In this document: positions 40,736 to 50,667 of the stretch, piece after piece
How the letters are laid out: each line of letters starts with the position of its first letter
Position numbering within the stretch: the first letter of the stretch is position 1
DNA from: an uncultured Candidatus Saccharibacteria bacterium
GTDB taxonomy: Bacteria; Patescibacteriota; Minisyncoccia; Phycocordibacterales; UBA9973
Reading direction: 5' to 3'
Assembly: GCA_964610995.1 (NCBI GenBank)
Contig: CAZSWF010000002.1
Coordinates: 6,338-70,337 of the forward strand
Length of the DNA: 64,000 nt
Position numbers and translations under genes: made by a program
The notes under the pieces: model-generated
Database searches by the model: none
The model's input: the letters and a program-made list of their open reading frames with translations, nothing else
Told to the model about the DNA's origin: nothing

Positions 40736-41206
40736 TTAAAGAGTGATTTGTACTTCGAGTGCGTCGTCAAACTGTGGCTCACCGCTTGCATTGTTCTTTT
40801 TCAATATCAAGAACCCGCGACGATACGGTGTCTCGGCTGGCAGTGTGTACTCGATGCTCGCGGTAAACGGTACGTACTCAGTCGTCATCCATTCCCCTTG
40901 CGCGGTCGCATAACCTTCGGCAATGATAAGTCCATCCCAGTTTGTAAGAATAATAGGAAATGATCCCTCAAAGAACCAGTTGCCGCGAGCCTTGCCCCGG
41001 ATCGCTATCGGAGACCCTACGGTCGCCTGTGGACGCGGAGTCTCGAGGATGATCATGTCACCCTTTTGTGCAGGAGGTGCTTCGGGAGCAAGGGTAGGCT
41101 GTGGTAATGGCTGTATCACCACTGGTGCACTCGCATCTCGCAACAGTGCCCAAAATACGGCTGCGAAGCCTATGATCAGTACTAGTACCAAATATCGTTT
41201 TTTCAT
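40736..41206 (-). CDS. Gmad2-type immunoglobulin-like domain protein
   Basis: SP..I.GKARG.WFFEGSFP, WMT...VPF, N.SG. Confidence 0.75.
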   Translation of the reverse strand: MKKRYLVLVLIIGFAAVFWALLRDASAPVVIQPLPQPTLAPEAPPAQKGDMIILETPRPQATVGSPIAIRGKARGNWFFEGSFPIILTNWDGLIIAEGYATAQGEWMTTEYVPFTASIEYTLPAETPYRRGFLILKKNNASGEPQFDDALEVQITL

Positions 41207-41270
41207 ACCCTTGAATTATACACCTCTCTCGGATATAGTATGCAAGCACTTACACATGTCGCCACACACT

Positions 41271-41342
41271 GGCCCTATCGTCTATCGGTTAGGACGAAAG
41301 CTTCTCAAGCTTTAAAGCCGGGTTCGATTCCCGGTAGGGTCA
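41271..41342 (+). tRNA. tRNA-Glu(CTC), CCA not encoded
   Basis: acceptor GGCCCTA/TAGGGTC, anticodon arm AAAGC-TTCTCAA-GCTTT, GGTTCGATTCC T-arm. Confidence 0.93.
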
Positions 41343-41458
41343 CAGATTTTAAATACTTATTTATCAAGTTATTTTAAGACACCCGAATACATGTTCGGAA
41401 CTTTGTAATAAAAAACCACCCTTTTCCAAGAGCGGTTTCTCGTTTTTACTTGTTTTGA

Positions 41459-42475
41459 TTACAACGATTTTTCAAGTTCGATGAGCTTTTTAACTCCATT
41501 ATAAAGTTGCTCATAAATCTCACGTTCAGTTACCCCTAAACGACGTTTGTTGGAAATGTCGTAAATACCATCTGAAGACTCAGAATGCTCTCCGTGTACT
41601 CCACGGATCGAAAGTCCTAAATCTTTGCATACTTCATTGAAGTTACCCGAAGCAGAAAGCTTAGGAATTCTGATATGCACAGACGCGCGCATTGCTGTTC
41701 CAAGATTGGTTGGGCAAGTTGTGTGGTAGCCACGAACATCATCAAATGCGAAGTTAATCTTTTCATTGATGAAGTTGAGCGCAGTTGCGAGCCGTGTAAA
41801 GACTTCGGCAATGTCAGCTCCTGGCTGCATGCTAATGATGCGCATACTATCTTCTTCTGAAACCCATACAAGGAATTTCTTGTCATCAGAAAAGAAAATG
41901 CCGCGGTTCTTTGGCCAGTCACGGTTTACACCTGCACTTTCCAAGAAACGGTCACCCTGTTTGAACAAGAAGTGATCTTCCACCATTTTTGCACGAACTT
42001 CTTCACTCATGCCATCAAGGGGGAAATATTCACCCTTCAATGCTCCGGGAAGCTGTTTTAATGCTTCAATAATTTCAGACTCCATAGCAGCTCGATCTTC
42101 GCTGGAAATAGCTGAAGGAAATGCGTACTTCGCAAAATTGCGACCAACACGGATACGGGTGGATACCACATAATTACCCTCAGGATCCAAATTTTCAACA
42201 GGAAGCCCAGTGAGCGAAAAATCACTTTTGTGACCGCTCATATCATAATGGTGGTATTCCTTGATAATTGGATCAAGAAGTGGCGAAAGCATGGTATAGG
42301 ACTCAGGATCACCTGCGTAGATGCCAATACTCGAATCTGGATTATCAATACCAGATTGAATTGCTTTTTGTAGTGTCCAGCCATGTGGTGTTACTACGTT
42401 TTCTAACTGCATTTTCACTACTTCACTGTAGTGTTTTTTCATTAACATGTCGGGGTTTGTTGTAATTTCTGTCAT
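41459..42475 (-). CDS. ATP:guanido phosphotransferase (arginine kinase-like, with N-terminal domain)
   Basis: SG..NPDS.IGIYAGD.ESY, STRIRVGRN, DHFLF, WP..RG, EED, CPTNLGT.MRASVH, YDISNKRRLG.TE. Confidence 0.93.
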   Translation of the reverse strand: MTEITTNPDMLMKKHYSEVVKMQLENVVTPHGWTLQKAIQSGIDNPDSSIGIYAGDPESYTMLSPLLDPIIKEYHHYDMSGHKSDFSLTGLPVENLDPEGNYVVSTRIRVGRNFAKYAFPSAISSEDRAAMESEIIEALKQLPGALKGEYFPLDGMSEEVRAKMVEDHFLFKQGDRFLESAGVNRDWPKNRGIFFSDDKKFLVWVSEEDSMRIISMQPGADIAEVFTRLATALNFINEKINFAFDDVRGYHTTCPTNLGTAMRASVHIRIPKLSASGNFNEVCKDLGLSIRGVHGEHSESSDGIYDISNKRRLGVTEREIYEQLYNGVKKLIELEKSL

Positions 42476-42577
42476 AAGAACAATAGTTTACTGTGAATTT
42501 TTAAATAATACTATCTTATAAGGCTTTTTTGTCAATTACACAACAAACCCCCGTTTTGTGAACGGGGGTTTCATGAT

Positions 42578-42895
42578 TTAGGGTTTCTTTTTTCTGAGAT
42601 CGTAATAATTACTAATTTTAATGAACTCTATTTCTCCCTCCCAGTCCATATTTTTCAAAATCTCATGTACTTTGTGAACAATAACGTATTCACTACTAAA
42701 AAGACGAAGAAATGGTCGATCATCTTTTTGTGTACCCACAACCTTTGCGGTGATTTCAGAAAAAGTAAGATTTTTGTAATCATCTGGAGAAAGAATCTTT
42801 TCGAGCTTCTCCGATAGTTGATCTTTCAATTTCATAAATTCGGAATGAACATACCCATGAAATTCAATCAATGGGGAGTAACTGTTTTTCTGCAT
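42578..42895 (-). CDS. ORFan hypothetical protein
   Basis: 105-aa ORF with own promoter and terminator. Confidence 0.6.
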   Translation of the reverse strand: MQKNSYSPLIEFHGYVHSEFMKLKDQLSEKLEKILSPDDYKNLTFSEITAKVVGTQKDDRPFLRLFSSEYVIVHKVHEILKNMDWEGEIEFIKISNYYDLRKKKP

Positions 42896-43012
42896 AGTTT
42901 AATTTTCATAGAACTATAGTGCTTTTTGCACTAATGTCAAATAACACGTTCTACTGACTAGATAAAACAAAACCCCCTGTATAAGGGGGTTTTAAATGAT
43001 AGAAACAATGTA

Positions 43013-43420
43013 TTACATTGCTTCTGCATAGGTAGGTTGCAACGGCTTTTTTTCTTTGGGGTTCAAAGTATGCAGTACGCCAGGCTTGGGTTGATCGATC
43101 AATCGTTCGATTTTTTGCTCAAGCATTTTTACATCAGCAAACATGAACTTTTGTCTTTTGGCATACTTGTGCAGTTCGTCGCGCAGTTGTACCGACTGTC
43201 TTTTGTGCTCTGACATATCAGCAAGTACAAATGCAGTAACCATTCGTTCCTTTTTCGCAGTGATTGCAATATCAATAATCATTGCTGTAAAAACACATAC
43301 GATGCAGGTCACAAAAATAGGACCATCGAGGCTCTGGTACGCGAGATATCCAGTCAACATACTTCCTACAGCCACCAGGGGTGTATGGAGGGCAAGCAAT
43401 CGAAAGATTCTTTTTTTCAT
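43013..43420 (-). CDS. two-TM hypothetical protein with coiled coil
   Basis: 135-aa ORF with own promoter and terminator. Confidence 0.6.
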   Translation of the reverse strand: MKKRIFRLLALHTPLVAVGSMLTGYLAYQSLDGPIFVTCIVCVFTAMIIDIAITAKKERMVTAFVLADMSEHKRQSVQLRDELHKYAKRQKFMFADVKMLEQKIERLIDQPKPGVLHTLNPKEKKPLQPTYAEAM

Positions 43421-43545
43421 AATTTCAAATAAGGGGTTTAAGGTTTGTTTTCTCTATAATATCATACTATACACATATGTCAAGTATCCCCTCCCCGACC
43501 TTTTGACAATGGCTCAAAATCAAGTACAGTAAAGAAAAAAAGCTC

Positions 43546-44007
43546 ATGGAAAATCAAATAGAAAAACCTGTATACGAAACAGAGTCTGCTATTCTTTCTT
43601 TTTCAGGAAGTGGCAACTTTTTCCTTTGTGATGACTATGCTGCACCAATCAAAGTAGGTAGTACGGTGTACCCATCGGTACGTGCTGCGGTGGTTGCTCA
43701 CAAAACTAAAAATCACCGTATAAAAGCAAAGATTCGCAACGCAATGACTGCTATGAATCTCAAAGAAATAGAACGAAGTATCCCTGCCCCCTCACACTGG
43801 ACCAAAGAGTACATCATTGGCAAAATGACTGAGCTTACGATGCAAAAGTTTCTCAAACACCCAGAACTTAAAAAACGATTTCTCGCTACAAAACCAAAGT
43901 GGCTAACAAACCAAACCGAACCGACACTTCAACGATTGGAGATCGACGAAGTATGCGACGAACAAACATATGCAGACATCCTGATGAATGTTCGTGAACA
44001 ACTGTAA
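43546..44007 (+). CDS. degenerate NADAR/YbiA-like protein
   Basis: API.VG..VYPSV...AHK, W......M......KF..HPELK..LAT, ILM.VRE.L. Confidence 0.6.
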   Translation: MENQIEKPVYETESAILSFSGSGNFFLCDDYAAPIKVGSTVYPSVRAAVVAHKTKNHRIKAKIRNAMTAMNLKEIERSIPAPSHWTKEYIIGKMTELTMQKFLKHPELKKRFLATKPKWLTNQTEPTLQRLEIDEVCDEQTYADILMNVREQL

Positions 44008-44035
44008 GTAAAACCGCCTTTCGGCGGTTTCTTTT

Positions 44036-44713
44036 TTATACGATATCTGCTTGTTTGGCTTCGATGGGAGTCTCGGCTATCGGCTCGATAGTGATCGCGC
44101 CTCCGTCACGACGTGTGAGTGTACGGTAGAGGTATGCGAGGAGAAGTGTCGCAACTGGGTATGTGACGATGATACCAATACCAAACAGTAGCATCCCCAC
44201 TATCGCCAAACACACCACGACCAATATGGTCAACAGTACCGTCCAAAACACATCTCGGGTGACGAGTCTCCATGAGTCCTTGATTGCAGCGATTGCGCGG
44301 CCTTTGTTGTCGATGAGTGAGAGCTGTGAGAACGCCAAGCGTGTCATGAAATAAATACCAGGAATGATGAGAAGGATAAATCCACCAAGCACCATCAGTG
44401 CGGTCAGGATCGCCACCTCGACGAGGAGGATGAACTGCCGCAGTGTGGGCAAGTGCTTGCCGAGTGCACGAAACGACAGCAGGTCATGCTTGGCATCCAC
44501 CGCAGCGAGCGACACCGAGAGCCATATGTACGAAAAGATAAGCGACAAGATCATCGCAAATATTTGCAAGAGTACGTGTTGGTCGCCAAGCTCTCCGGGA
44601 GCACTGAGCACAATGAGTATGAGCGTCATGCCCATGTAGAACCATGGTCGCTCTCTAAATAGGCCCCAACAAGTGCGGAGCGCTGCTTTGATCGAAAAGG
44701 TGAATGTAGTCAT
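44036..44713 (-). CDS. DUF975-like integral membrane protein
   Basis: LLIIPGIY...RL.F, AIK.SW.L, G.LLFGIG..VT.P. Confidence 0.7.
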   Translation of the reverse strand: MTTFTFSIKAALRTCWGLFRERPWFYMGMTLILIVLSAPGELGDQHVLLQIFAMILSLIFSYIWLSVSLAAVDAKHDLLSFRALGKHLPTLRQFILLVEVAILTALMVLGGFILLIIPGIYFMTRLAFSQLSLIDNKGRAIAAIKDSWRLVTRDVFWTVLLTILVVVCLAIVGMLLFGIGIIVTYPVATLLLAYLYRTLTRRDGGAITIEPIAETPIEAKQADIV

Positions 44714-44718
44714 AGATG

Positions 44719-46437
44719 TTAGCGGTCGGGTGGTATTTCGTAATAGTTACCAAGGAATTGTACCATATCAAAGAATGGATCACCCAGTGTTTGTATAGCA
44801 AAGAGAGCTTCTTTGGGGTACACATTGAAAAGGTAGAGCACGTAGCGTGGCTGTGATGCCGGGAAAAATCCGATGATCGAGTGCAAGTTGCGATCAGTAT
44901 AGTATCCAGTACCATCAGGGCGTGCGATCTGTGCGGTCCCCGTCTTTGCGGCGACACTGTAATGTGGTAGTCCTCGGTCGTAGCCATCGTCAACGACACG
45001 TATCAACATAGCCTTGATTGTGGTGAGCGTCTCAGGTTTGAGTAGTTGTTTGGTTGATTGTTCGGGTTCTATGGTGCGTTCGTACCCGCTTTGCTCTATG
45101 ACCGAGGTCGCGACGTGTGGAGTGACGAGCACCCCACCGTTGGCCAGTACTGCAAATCCGCGCACGATGTTGATCGGACTGGTCGCGATACCTTGCCCAA
45201 ACGATGCTGCTGCGAAGTTGATGTCGTTGTTGTCTTTGAGACTTCCTACTGCGCCGTTGACCTCTCCAGGCAGATCCACCCCTGTCTTGTCTCCAAGCTG
45301 ATAGCGATCGACGAGATATTCCCGAAATGCATTTCTCCCCATTTTTTGCTCGGCAAATATCATACCCGTGTTGAGTGACTCACTGAGCACCTGCTGCATG
45401 GTCACACCTTGACCACGACCTTTTTTGTCGAAGTTGTTGAGTGTCTTGCCATCGATCGTGACCGAACCTGTGTCGTTGTATGAGGTTGTAGGTGTAACTG
45501 CGCCTACATCGATCGCTGCAGCCATCACAAGCGGTTTGACGATGGATCCCATTTCATAGCGACCTTGCACGACAGGGTTTGTATACAAACTCGGATTTTT
45601 CACTGATCCGTACGCGTTGAGGTCAAAGCCGGGTGCCCCTGCCATTGCCACGATTCTGCCCGTGTGTGGATCCATAACTACCCCACCGACCATTTCACTG
45701 CCCCACTTGTTCTGGATCGTGTTGACCGTCTGTTCGAGTTGTGACTGCACCGTCGGCTCGATCGAGGTGACAATATCTCCAGTTGCAGCAGTATTTTTAA
45801 ATACGCCTGATTTTACATTTGCAAATATTTCAGCAAAAAAGTTGGTATAAAATTTGGTGCCGGTACGAGAAAGTATCTCGTTGTAGTATTCTTCGAGACC
45901 GTAGCTACCTGAGAGTGTATCCTTTTTGTACGAGACAAATCCAATAAGCTTGGATGCGAGGTCATTCCCAGGATAAAAGCGCCATTTTTCTCGATGCAAT
46001 GACACTCCCGGCAATCCCAACTCAGTCAAGAGCGCTGCATCATCTTCTTTGATACGGTTTTCTATTTCTTCGTACGGATCATTTTTCTTGGCAGCTTTGG
46101 CTAGAAATGCATCGCGTTCTATAGGTACAATTGCATTGATGGATTCATAGGTACGCTCAGGATCTGTAACAAGGCTTGGGTTGATCGCAAGCTTAAATCC
46201 GCTAACAACAGTCGCTGCTGCTACTGTCGTCTGGTCTTTGGTCGTCATGTAAATGTTGCCTCGATCAAAGCTTGCATTGGTCGGAGTGACGTAGTTGCGT
46301 TGTGCTTTTTCTTTATACATCGTCGTATTGACGATTTGTAACGAAAAAAGACGCATAATCACGATTGCTCCAACAAAGACGACAGTGCCGATCAAAAATC
46401 GTATCCGTGAGCGATGTATCGTATTAGCGTCCGACAT
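44719..46437 (-). CDS. ftsI: class B penicillin-binding protein (FtsI-like)
   Basis: RG.I, R.YP, GLE..YN, E.GSIVK (SxxK), SLN, KTGTAQ; in the mraZ-rsmH operon. Confidence 0.88.
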   Translation of the reverse strand: MSDANTIHRSRIRFLIGTVVFVGAIVIMRLFSLQIVNTTMYKEKAQRNYVTPTNASFDRGNIYMTTKDQTTVAAATVVSGFKLAINPSLVTDPERTYESINAIVPIERDAFLAKAAKKNDPYEEIENRIKEDDAALLTELGLPGVSLHREKWRFYPGNDLASKLIGFVSYKKDTLSGSYGLEEYYNEILSRTGTKFYTNFFAEIFANVKSGVFKNTAATGDIVTSIEPTVQSQLEQTVNTIQNKWGSEMVGGVVMDPHTGRIVAMAGAPGFDLNAYGSVKNPSLYTNPVVQGRYEMGSIVKPLVMAAAIDVGAVTPTTSYNDTGSVTIDGKTLNNFDKKGRGQGVTMQQVLSESLNTGMIFAEQKMGRNAFREYLVDRYQLGDKTGVDLPGEVNGAVGSLKDNNDINFAAASFGQGIATSPINIVRGFAVLANGGVLVTPHVATSVIEQSGYERTIEPEQSTKQLLKPETLTTIKAMLIRVVDDGYDRGLPHYSVAAKTGTAQIARPDGTGYYTDRNLHSIIGFFPASQPRYVLYLFNVYPKEALFAIQTLGDPFFDMVQFLGNYYEIPPDR

Positions 46438-46756
46438 TCCAAGCAAAGGCACGCTGTGATGGTGCAAATGATATTGATGTAGGCTCGACAAACCCTTTTT
46501 CTCGAGCATAACTTTCAGTTAGTACTTTTTGTGCGGAGAGAAACTCGAGCTCCTCTGTGCCCATCGATGAAATGAGTGCACGAGTTTCTTGTTGGAGTTC
46601 TTTTTCTTTAACGACAGAAAATGTGATTGCTCCGACGAAATACACATACCCGACAAAGAGTACGCCAGCGGCGATCCAGGTGTAGAGTGTGATCGATCTC
46701 AACGTTTTGTTGATATCGAGTGCTGCGGTATGAGTATGTCGGAGTGTAGTGTTCAT
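46424..46756 (-). CDS. FtsL-like bitopic cell division protein
   Basis: single TM plus coiled coil and A...GF..P; position between rsmH and ftsI. Confidence 0.6.
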   Translation of the reverse strand: MNTTLRHTHTAALDINKTLRSITLYTWIAAGVLFVGYVYFVGAITFSVVKEKELQQETRALISSMGTEELEFLSAQKVLTESYAREKGFVEPTSISFAPSQRAFAWNVGR

Positions 46757-47625
46757 GCGAAAGTAGGTTTTTCTATAATGCGAAGTTTGGCGCTACGCGA
46801 TCGAGGGTTGGTTGATAATTCGAGAGTACTAGGAACAATAGGTTTTTTTGTGATAACGCGTTCATGCGATTTCATCCAGTGTTTTACGATACGATCTTCG
46901 AGACTATGAAAAGTGATAACGGCGATACGACCCCCTGGTGCCAGCGCATCCCACCATGAGGCAAGTGCGGTCTGGATGACGGCGAGTTCATCGTTGACCG
47001 CGATACGCAATGCTTGGAAGGTCTTGGTAGCAGGGTGAATCTTGCCGCGTCGTGGGACACGGGCGAGAATGATGTTGGCAAGTTGTGCAGATGTAGTGAT
47101 AGGTCCCTGCGCACGGGCGTCGACTATGGCTTTGGCTATTTTACGAGAGCCTCTATCCTCACCATACGCATAGATAATGTCGGCAATGGATTCTTCACCC
47201 CATTCGTTGACAATGTCCCATGCTGTAAATCCAGTGTGCGATCCAGCCACTGAAAACGTCATGGTAAGCGGTGTGTCAGACATAAATGAAAATCCTCTCG
47301 TGTCACCGAGCAACTGAAATGTGCTCGTCCCCAAATCGAGCAACACCTTGTCTACCTGCGACAGTCCTGCCTGCGCGAGGATAGTGTCTACATCTTTGAA
47401 GTTGGCATGGACAAAGGTTGCCCTCGATCCAATGCTTTCTGTGAAGCGCACTTGTGCTGCTTCGTCGAGGTCGACACATACAAGCGTGATACCAGGGTAT
47501 CGCTCGAGCATGGCAGTAGAGTGTCCTCCACCACCAAACGTGCCATCGACTACTCGATCACTATCCGACAGCGCGAGACCTTCTATGCTTTCTTCTAAAA
47601 GAACCGAGATATGGTGTGTCTGCAT
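46753..47625 (-). CDS. rsmH: 16S rRNA m4C1402 methyltransferase
   Basis: H.SVLL.E, DGTFGGGGHS, DLG.S..Q, TFQALRIAVNDEL, FHSLEDR.VK, NPRSRSAKLR. Confidence 0.96.
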   Translation of the reverse strand: MQTHHISVLLEESIEGLALSDSDRVVDGTFGGGGHSTAMLERYPGITLVCVDLDEAAQVRFTESIGSRATFVHANFKDVDTILAQAGLSQVDKVLLDLGTSTFQLLGDTRGFSFMSDTPLTMTFSVAGSHTGFTAWDIVNEWGEESIADIIYAYGEDRGSRKIAKAIVDARAQGPITTSAQLANIILARVPRRGKIHPATKTFQALRIAVNDELAVIQTALASWWDALAPGGRIAVITFHSLEDRIVKHWMKSHERVITKKPIVPSTLELSTNPRSRSAKLRIIEKPTFA

Positions 47626-47626
47626 A

Positions 47627-48061
47627 CTAGAGCACTCCGATCCCACCGAGTCTCTCTGCGAGCTCGTCTGCACGAGTCTCTACGGTGCGCTTGTATGTTT
47701 TCCAGGTGTCTTCGTCCCAGAGTTCGACACGTGTATGGACACCGACCACTGCTATCTTGCCACTGAGTCCTGCCCTATCCCGCAAGAAATCCGGGATAAG
47801 TATGCGTCCATTTTGATCGACCGAGACTTCGGTTGCACCTCCGAGGAGGTAGCGGTTGAAGCTACGGGTATCAGCTTGGAGCATTGAGCTCTCTGCGAGT
47901 TTGCTCGTGATACGTGCCCACTCTTTGGTTGTAAATACAAACAGACACTTGTCGAGCCCTGGGGTTACTACCACACTTTTGCCCATTTCCTTTCTGAACT
48001 TCACTGGAAATGAGAGCCGTTTTTTATCATCAATTGTGTGGATGTATTCGCCGATTAACAT
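47627..48061 (-). CDS. mraZ: division/cell wall cluster transcriptional repressor
   Basis: GEY.HTIDDK.R..P..FR, D..GRILIP. Confidence 0.95.
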   Translation of the reverse strand: MLIGEYIHTIDDKKRLSFPVKFRKEMGKSVVVTPGLDKCLFVFTTKEWARITSKLAESSMLQADTRSFNRYLLGGATEVSVDQNGRILIPDFLRDRAGLSGKIAVVGVHTRVELWDEDTWKTYKRTVETRADELAERLGGIGVL

Positions 48062-48075
48062 GATTTCTTTACTTT

Positions 48076-48147
48076 ACCACTATTTCCCACTTCGTTCCAT
48101 TATACTCCACTTCTTTCCACAAGCGCAAACATCGTATGTGTGGATAA
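48076..48147 (-). promoter_or_regulatory. MraZ-binding direct repeats and a DnaA box
   Basis: five CCAC/CCAT units at exact 10-bp period (ending 48080, 48090, 48100, 48110, 48120); TGTGGATAA 48139-48147. Confidence 0.75.
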
Positions 48148-48186
48148 CAAAATCCCCCAGTATCCTGGGGGTTTCAATACTAGTAT

Positions 48187-48645
48187 CTAACTCACACTAA
48201 CCACACTGTAACTAACTTCGCCTTTGGGAGTGATGACGGCGATAGTGTCTCCTGCTACTTTGCCATAGAGAGCTTGGCCGAGCGGACTCTTGTACGAGAT
48301 CTTGCCAGAGAGCATATCGGTTTCTTCGCTGCCGACTATCGTGATAGTGCGTGTGTTTGCCTCGCCTTCCTTTTGGATCACGACAACAGAGCCGACGTTG
48401 ATGATGCCATCGGTGGCGTGCTCGATGACTTCGGCATGCTTGAGCACGTGTTCGATCATCGCAATGCGCTCTTCGAGTTTGCCTTGTTCTTCGCGAGCGA
48501 TGTGATACTCAGCGTTTTCGGACAAGTCACCCAGTGACTTGGCGTATTCGATCGCTTTGATGATTTCGGGACGCTTGACTGTCATGAGCTCGTGGAGCTC
48601 TGCTTCGAGTGCGTCTTTATTTGCTTGGGTGACGTATTCTTTCAT
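48187..48645 (-). CDS. greA: transcription elongation factor GreA
   Basis: GDLSENAEY..A.E.Q, IS..SPLG.AL. Confidence 0.95.
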   Translation of the reverse strand: MKEYVTQANKDALEAELHELMTVKRPEIIKAIEYAKSLGDLSENAEYHIAREEQGKLEERIAMIEHVLKHAEVIEHATDGIINVGSVVVIQKEGEANTRTITIVGSEETDMLSGKISYKSPLGQALYGKVAGDTIAVITPKGEVSYSVVSVS

Positions 48646-48697
48646 GAAGTGATTACTATATCGCAAATGTGCTATTGGGTCAAAACCCAATAGTTTA

Positions 48698-50371
48698 CTA
48701 TTGGTCTAATAATTGAGGGGTAGACTCAAACAATGCCACCACTGACTTGAACGCATGGGACGCTCCAGCAGAGACCTTGGGACCGTTCTCCATGAGCACC
48801 GTGAATGCATAACGCGGGTTGTCATACGGGAAAAAGCCGATCACCCATGAGTTGACTCGGGTGTTGTTTTTGATCTGGGCAGTACCAGTCTTTGCGGCGA
48901 CACGCACGCTCGGGTTGTTGAGTGACTGCGTGGTACCATCGGTAACGACTTGACGCATACCCTCGATCACGGGAGTGTACTCATTGTATGTAAATGGAAG
49001 TGTACTCGTACCGATTGCGCGCTCTGTGGGAATGATCGTTGGGGTCACGAGTGTACCGCGCGCCGCAATTCCTGCAACTGCGCGTAGCATTTGTATTGGA
49101 GTGACCTGGAAGCCATACTGCCCGATCGATGTGTTGTACGTATCCCCGATACGCCATGGATCTCCAGGAAACCGTTTCTCTTTCCATGCAATACTCGGAA
49201 TCGTACCGTCTATTTCACCCGAAGCATTGATTCCTGTCTTTGATCCGATTCCAAAGAGCTTCATATACTTTTCTATGTTGGCAATACCGATACCGCGCTG
49301 GTCCCCAAACCCTCCTCCAATTTGATAAAAATATACGTTTGAAGAAAATTGTAATGCTTTGCGCATGTCGACTGCACCATGGTCTGCATTGTCTTTGAAA
49401 ATAGTGAAGTTGGTCGGGTTGTATGGGTTGGGCACCTTGAGCTCTCCGGTCGTATAGATTACTTTTTCTGGAGTGATCACACCTTCGTGCAGCGCTGCGA
49501 GTGCGAGAAATGGTTTGACTATAGATCCAGGCGTATACACACCCTCGGTCATACGGTTGAGAAATGGTCGTGTCGAGCTTTGGATGTAGCCGTTGATCGT
49601 GGCACGATCAGAACCATCGGCGATGATTTGTTGGTTGTACTCAGGGTATGTAGTAAATGCGAGGAGCTCTCCGGTCGCAATATCCATGACTGCACCAGCA
49701 CCTCCAATATAGCCTGATTGCTCTGCAAGATCACGTATACCTCGAGCCAACGTTTCTTGGACACGAGTATCAATCGTAAGTGTGAGATTTGCACCTTGAG
49801 TAGGGGTATCGATAGTATTTTCTGAAGTGATAGCTCCAGTAACATCAGTTTCAATCAGTGTTGTACCATTTATACCAGCTAGTAGAGTATCGAACTGTTG
49901 TTCTATACCATCCTTGCCCACTGTTTGTGCTTGCCAGTATTTACCTGACCTATCTTTGGTTGGATACGAGACGTAGCCGAGTATGTTGGCAAAGCCGGGG
50001 GTCGATATATATGAACGCAGCGTTGGACCATTCTCAGATGGCAAACTGTTCCAGGCGAGCTCATTACCATTGCGATCATAGATCACTCCTCGATCCGCAA
50101 TAATCGGCGTATGATCGAGACTGTTTTGTTCACTTTTAAGCGCGTAATATTTTTCTTGTATGATCTGCAAATATCCTAGTCGTCCTACAAAAAGAATTGC
50201 GATCGAAACCATAACCACAAAGAGCGTGCGCAGCGTACCGCGTGCTATTGGTTTTTCGAGTCGCCCTTCAAACTGCTGTCGATCAAATGCCGGCAAATTG
50301 CGGACGTCGAGCAAGATGTCGTCAGGGTTGAGCTCAATGATTTTTCGTTTGTTATTTCTTGATCGCAGCAT
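48698..50371 (-). CDS. mrdA: class B penicillin-binding protein 2
   Basis: RG.IYDRNG, PGSIVK, SSN, KTGTAQ, W..GDT.N.SIGQ. Confidence 0.85.
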   Translation of the reverse strand: MLRSRNNKRKIIELNPDDILLDVRNLPAFDRQQFEGRLEKPIARGTLRTLFVVMVSIAILFVGRLGYLQIIQEKYYALKSEQNSLDHTPIIADRGVIYDRNGNELAWNSLPSENGPTLRSYISTPGFANILGYVSYPTKDRSGKYWQAQTVGKDGIEQQFDTLLAGINGTTLIETDVTGAITSENTIDTPTQGANLTLTIDTRVQETLARGIRDLAEQSGYIGGAGAVMDIATGELLAFTTYPEYNQQIIADGSDRATINGYIQSSTRPFLNRMTEGVYTPGSIVKPFLALAALHEGVITPEKVIYTTGELKVPNPYNPTNFTIFKDNADHGAVDMRKALQFSSNVYFYQIGGGFGDQRGIGIANIEKYMKLFGIGSKTGINASGEIDGTIPSIAWKEKRFPGDPWRIGDTYNTSIGQYGFQVTPIQMLRAVAGIAARGTLVTPTIIPTERAIGTSTLPFTYNEYTPVIEGMRQVVTDGTTQSLNNPSVRVAAKTGTAQIKNNTRVNSWVIGFFPYDNPRYAFTVLMENGPKVSAGASHAFKSVVALFESTPQLLDQ

Positions 50372-50645
50372 AGAGATGATGAGCCGACTCACCCAAACGG
50401 GTCTCGTGTACGACCACGTACCAAGTCGCAAGCATACCGCCAACTATACCTGTCATGATGAAATGCCCAAGCGCAAAATCTGTACTCGGAGCGTATACCA
50501 CATCAGCTACGATTGCGGGTAGCAAGAACAAAAGTCGATATGGAAACACTAGTATCGCGAGTATAAAAAGCGCAATTTGTACCCATACTGGCAACCACAG
50601 TACGGCGACCAATAACCCTCCTATCGACACAATAGTCCGTATCAT
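50352..50645 (-). CDS. small membrane protein
   Basis: hydrophobic 97-aa ORF overlapping the PBP2 start. Confidence 0.55.
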   Translation of the reverse strand: MIRTIVSIGGLLVAVLWLPVWVQIALFILAILVFPYRLLFLLPAIVADVVYAPSTDFALGHFIMTGIVGGMLATWYVVVHETRLGESAHHLYAAIKK

Positions 50646-50667
50646 ACCTGGGATTGTACCATAGGCA

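Noticed and set aside
41383-41398. CCGAATACATGTTCGG, SOS-box-like palindrome
   Set aside because: Lies between convergent 3' ends with no promoter to control; more likely a hairpin or chance.
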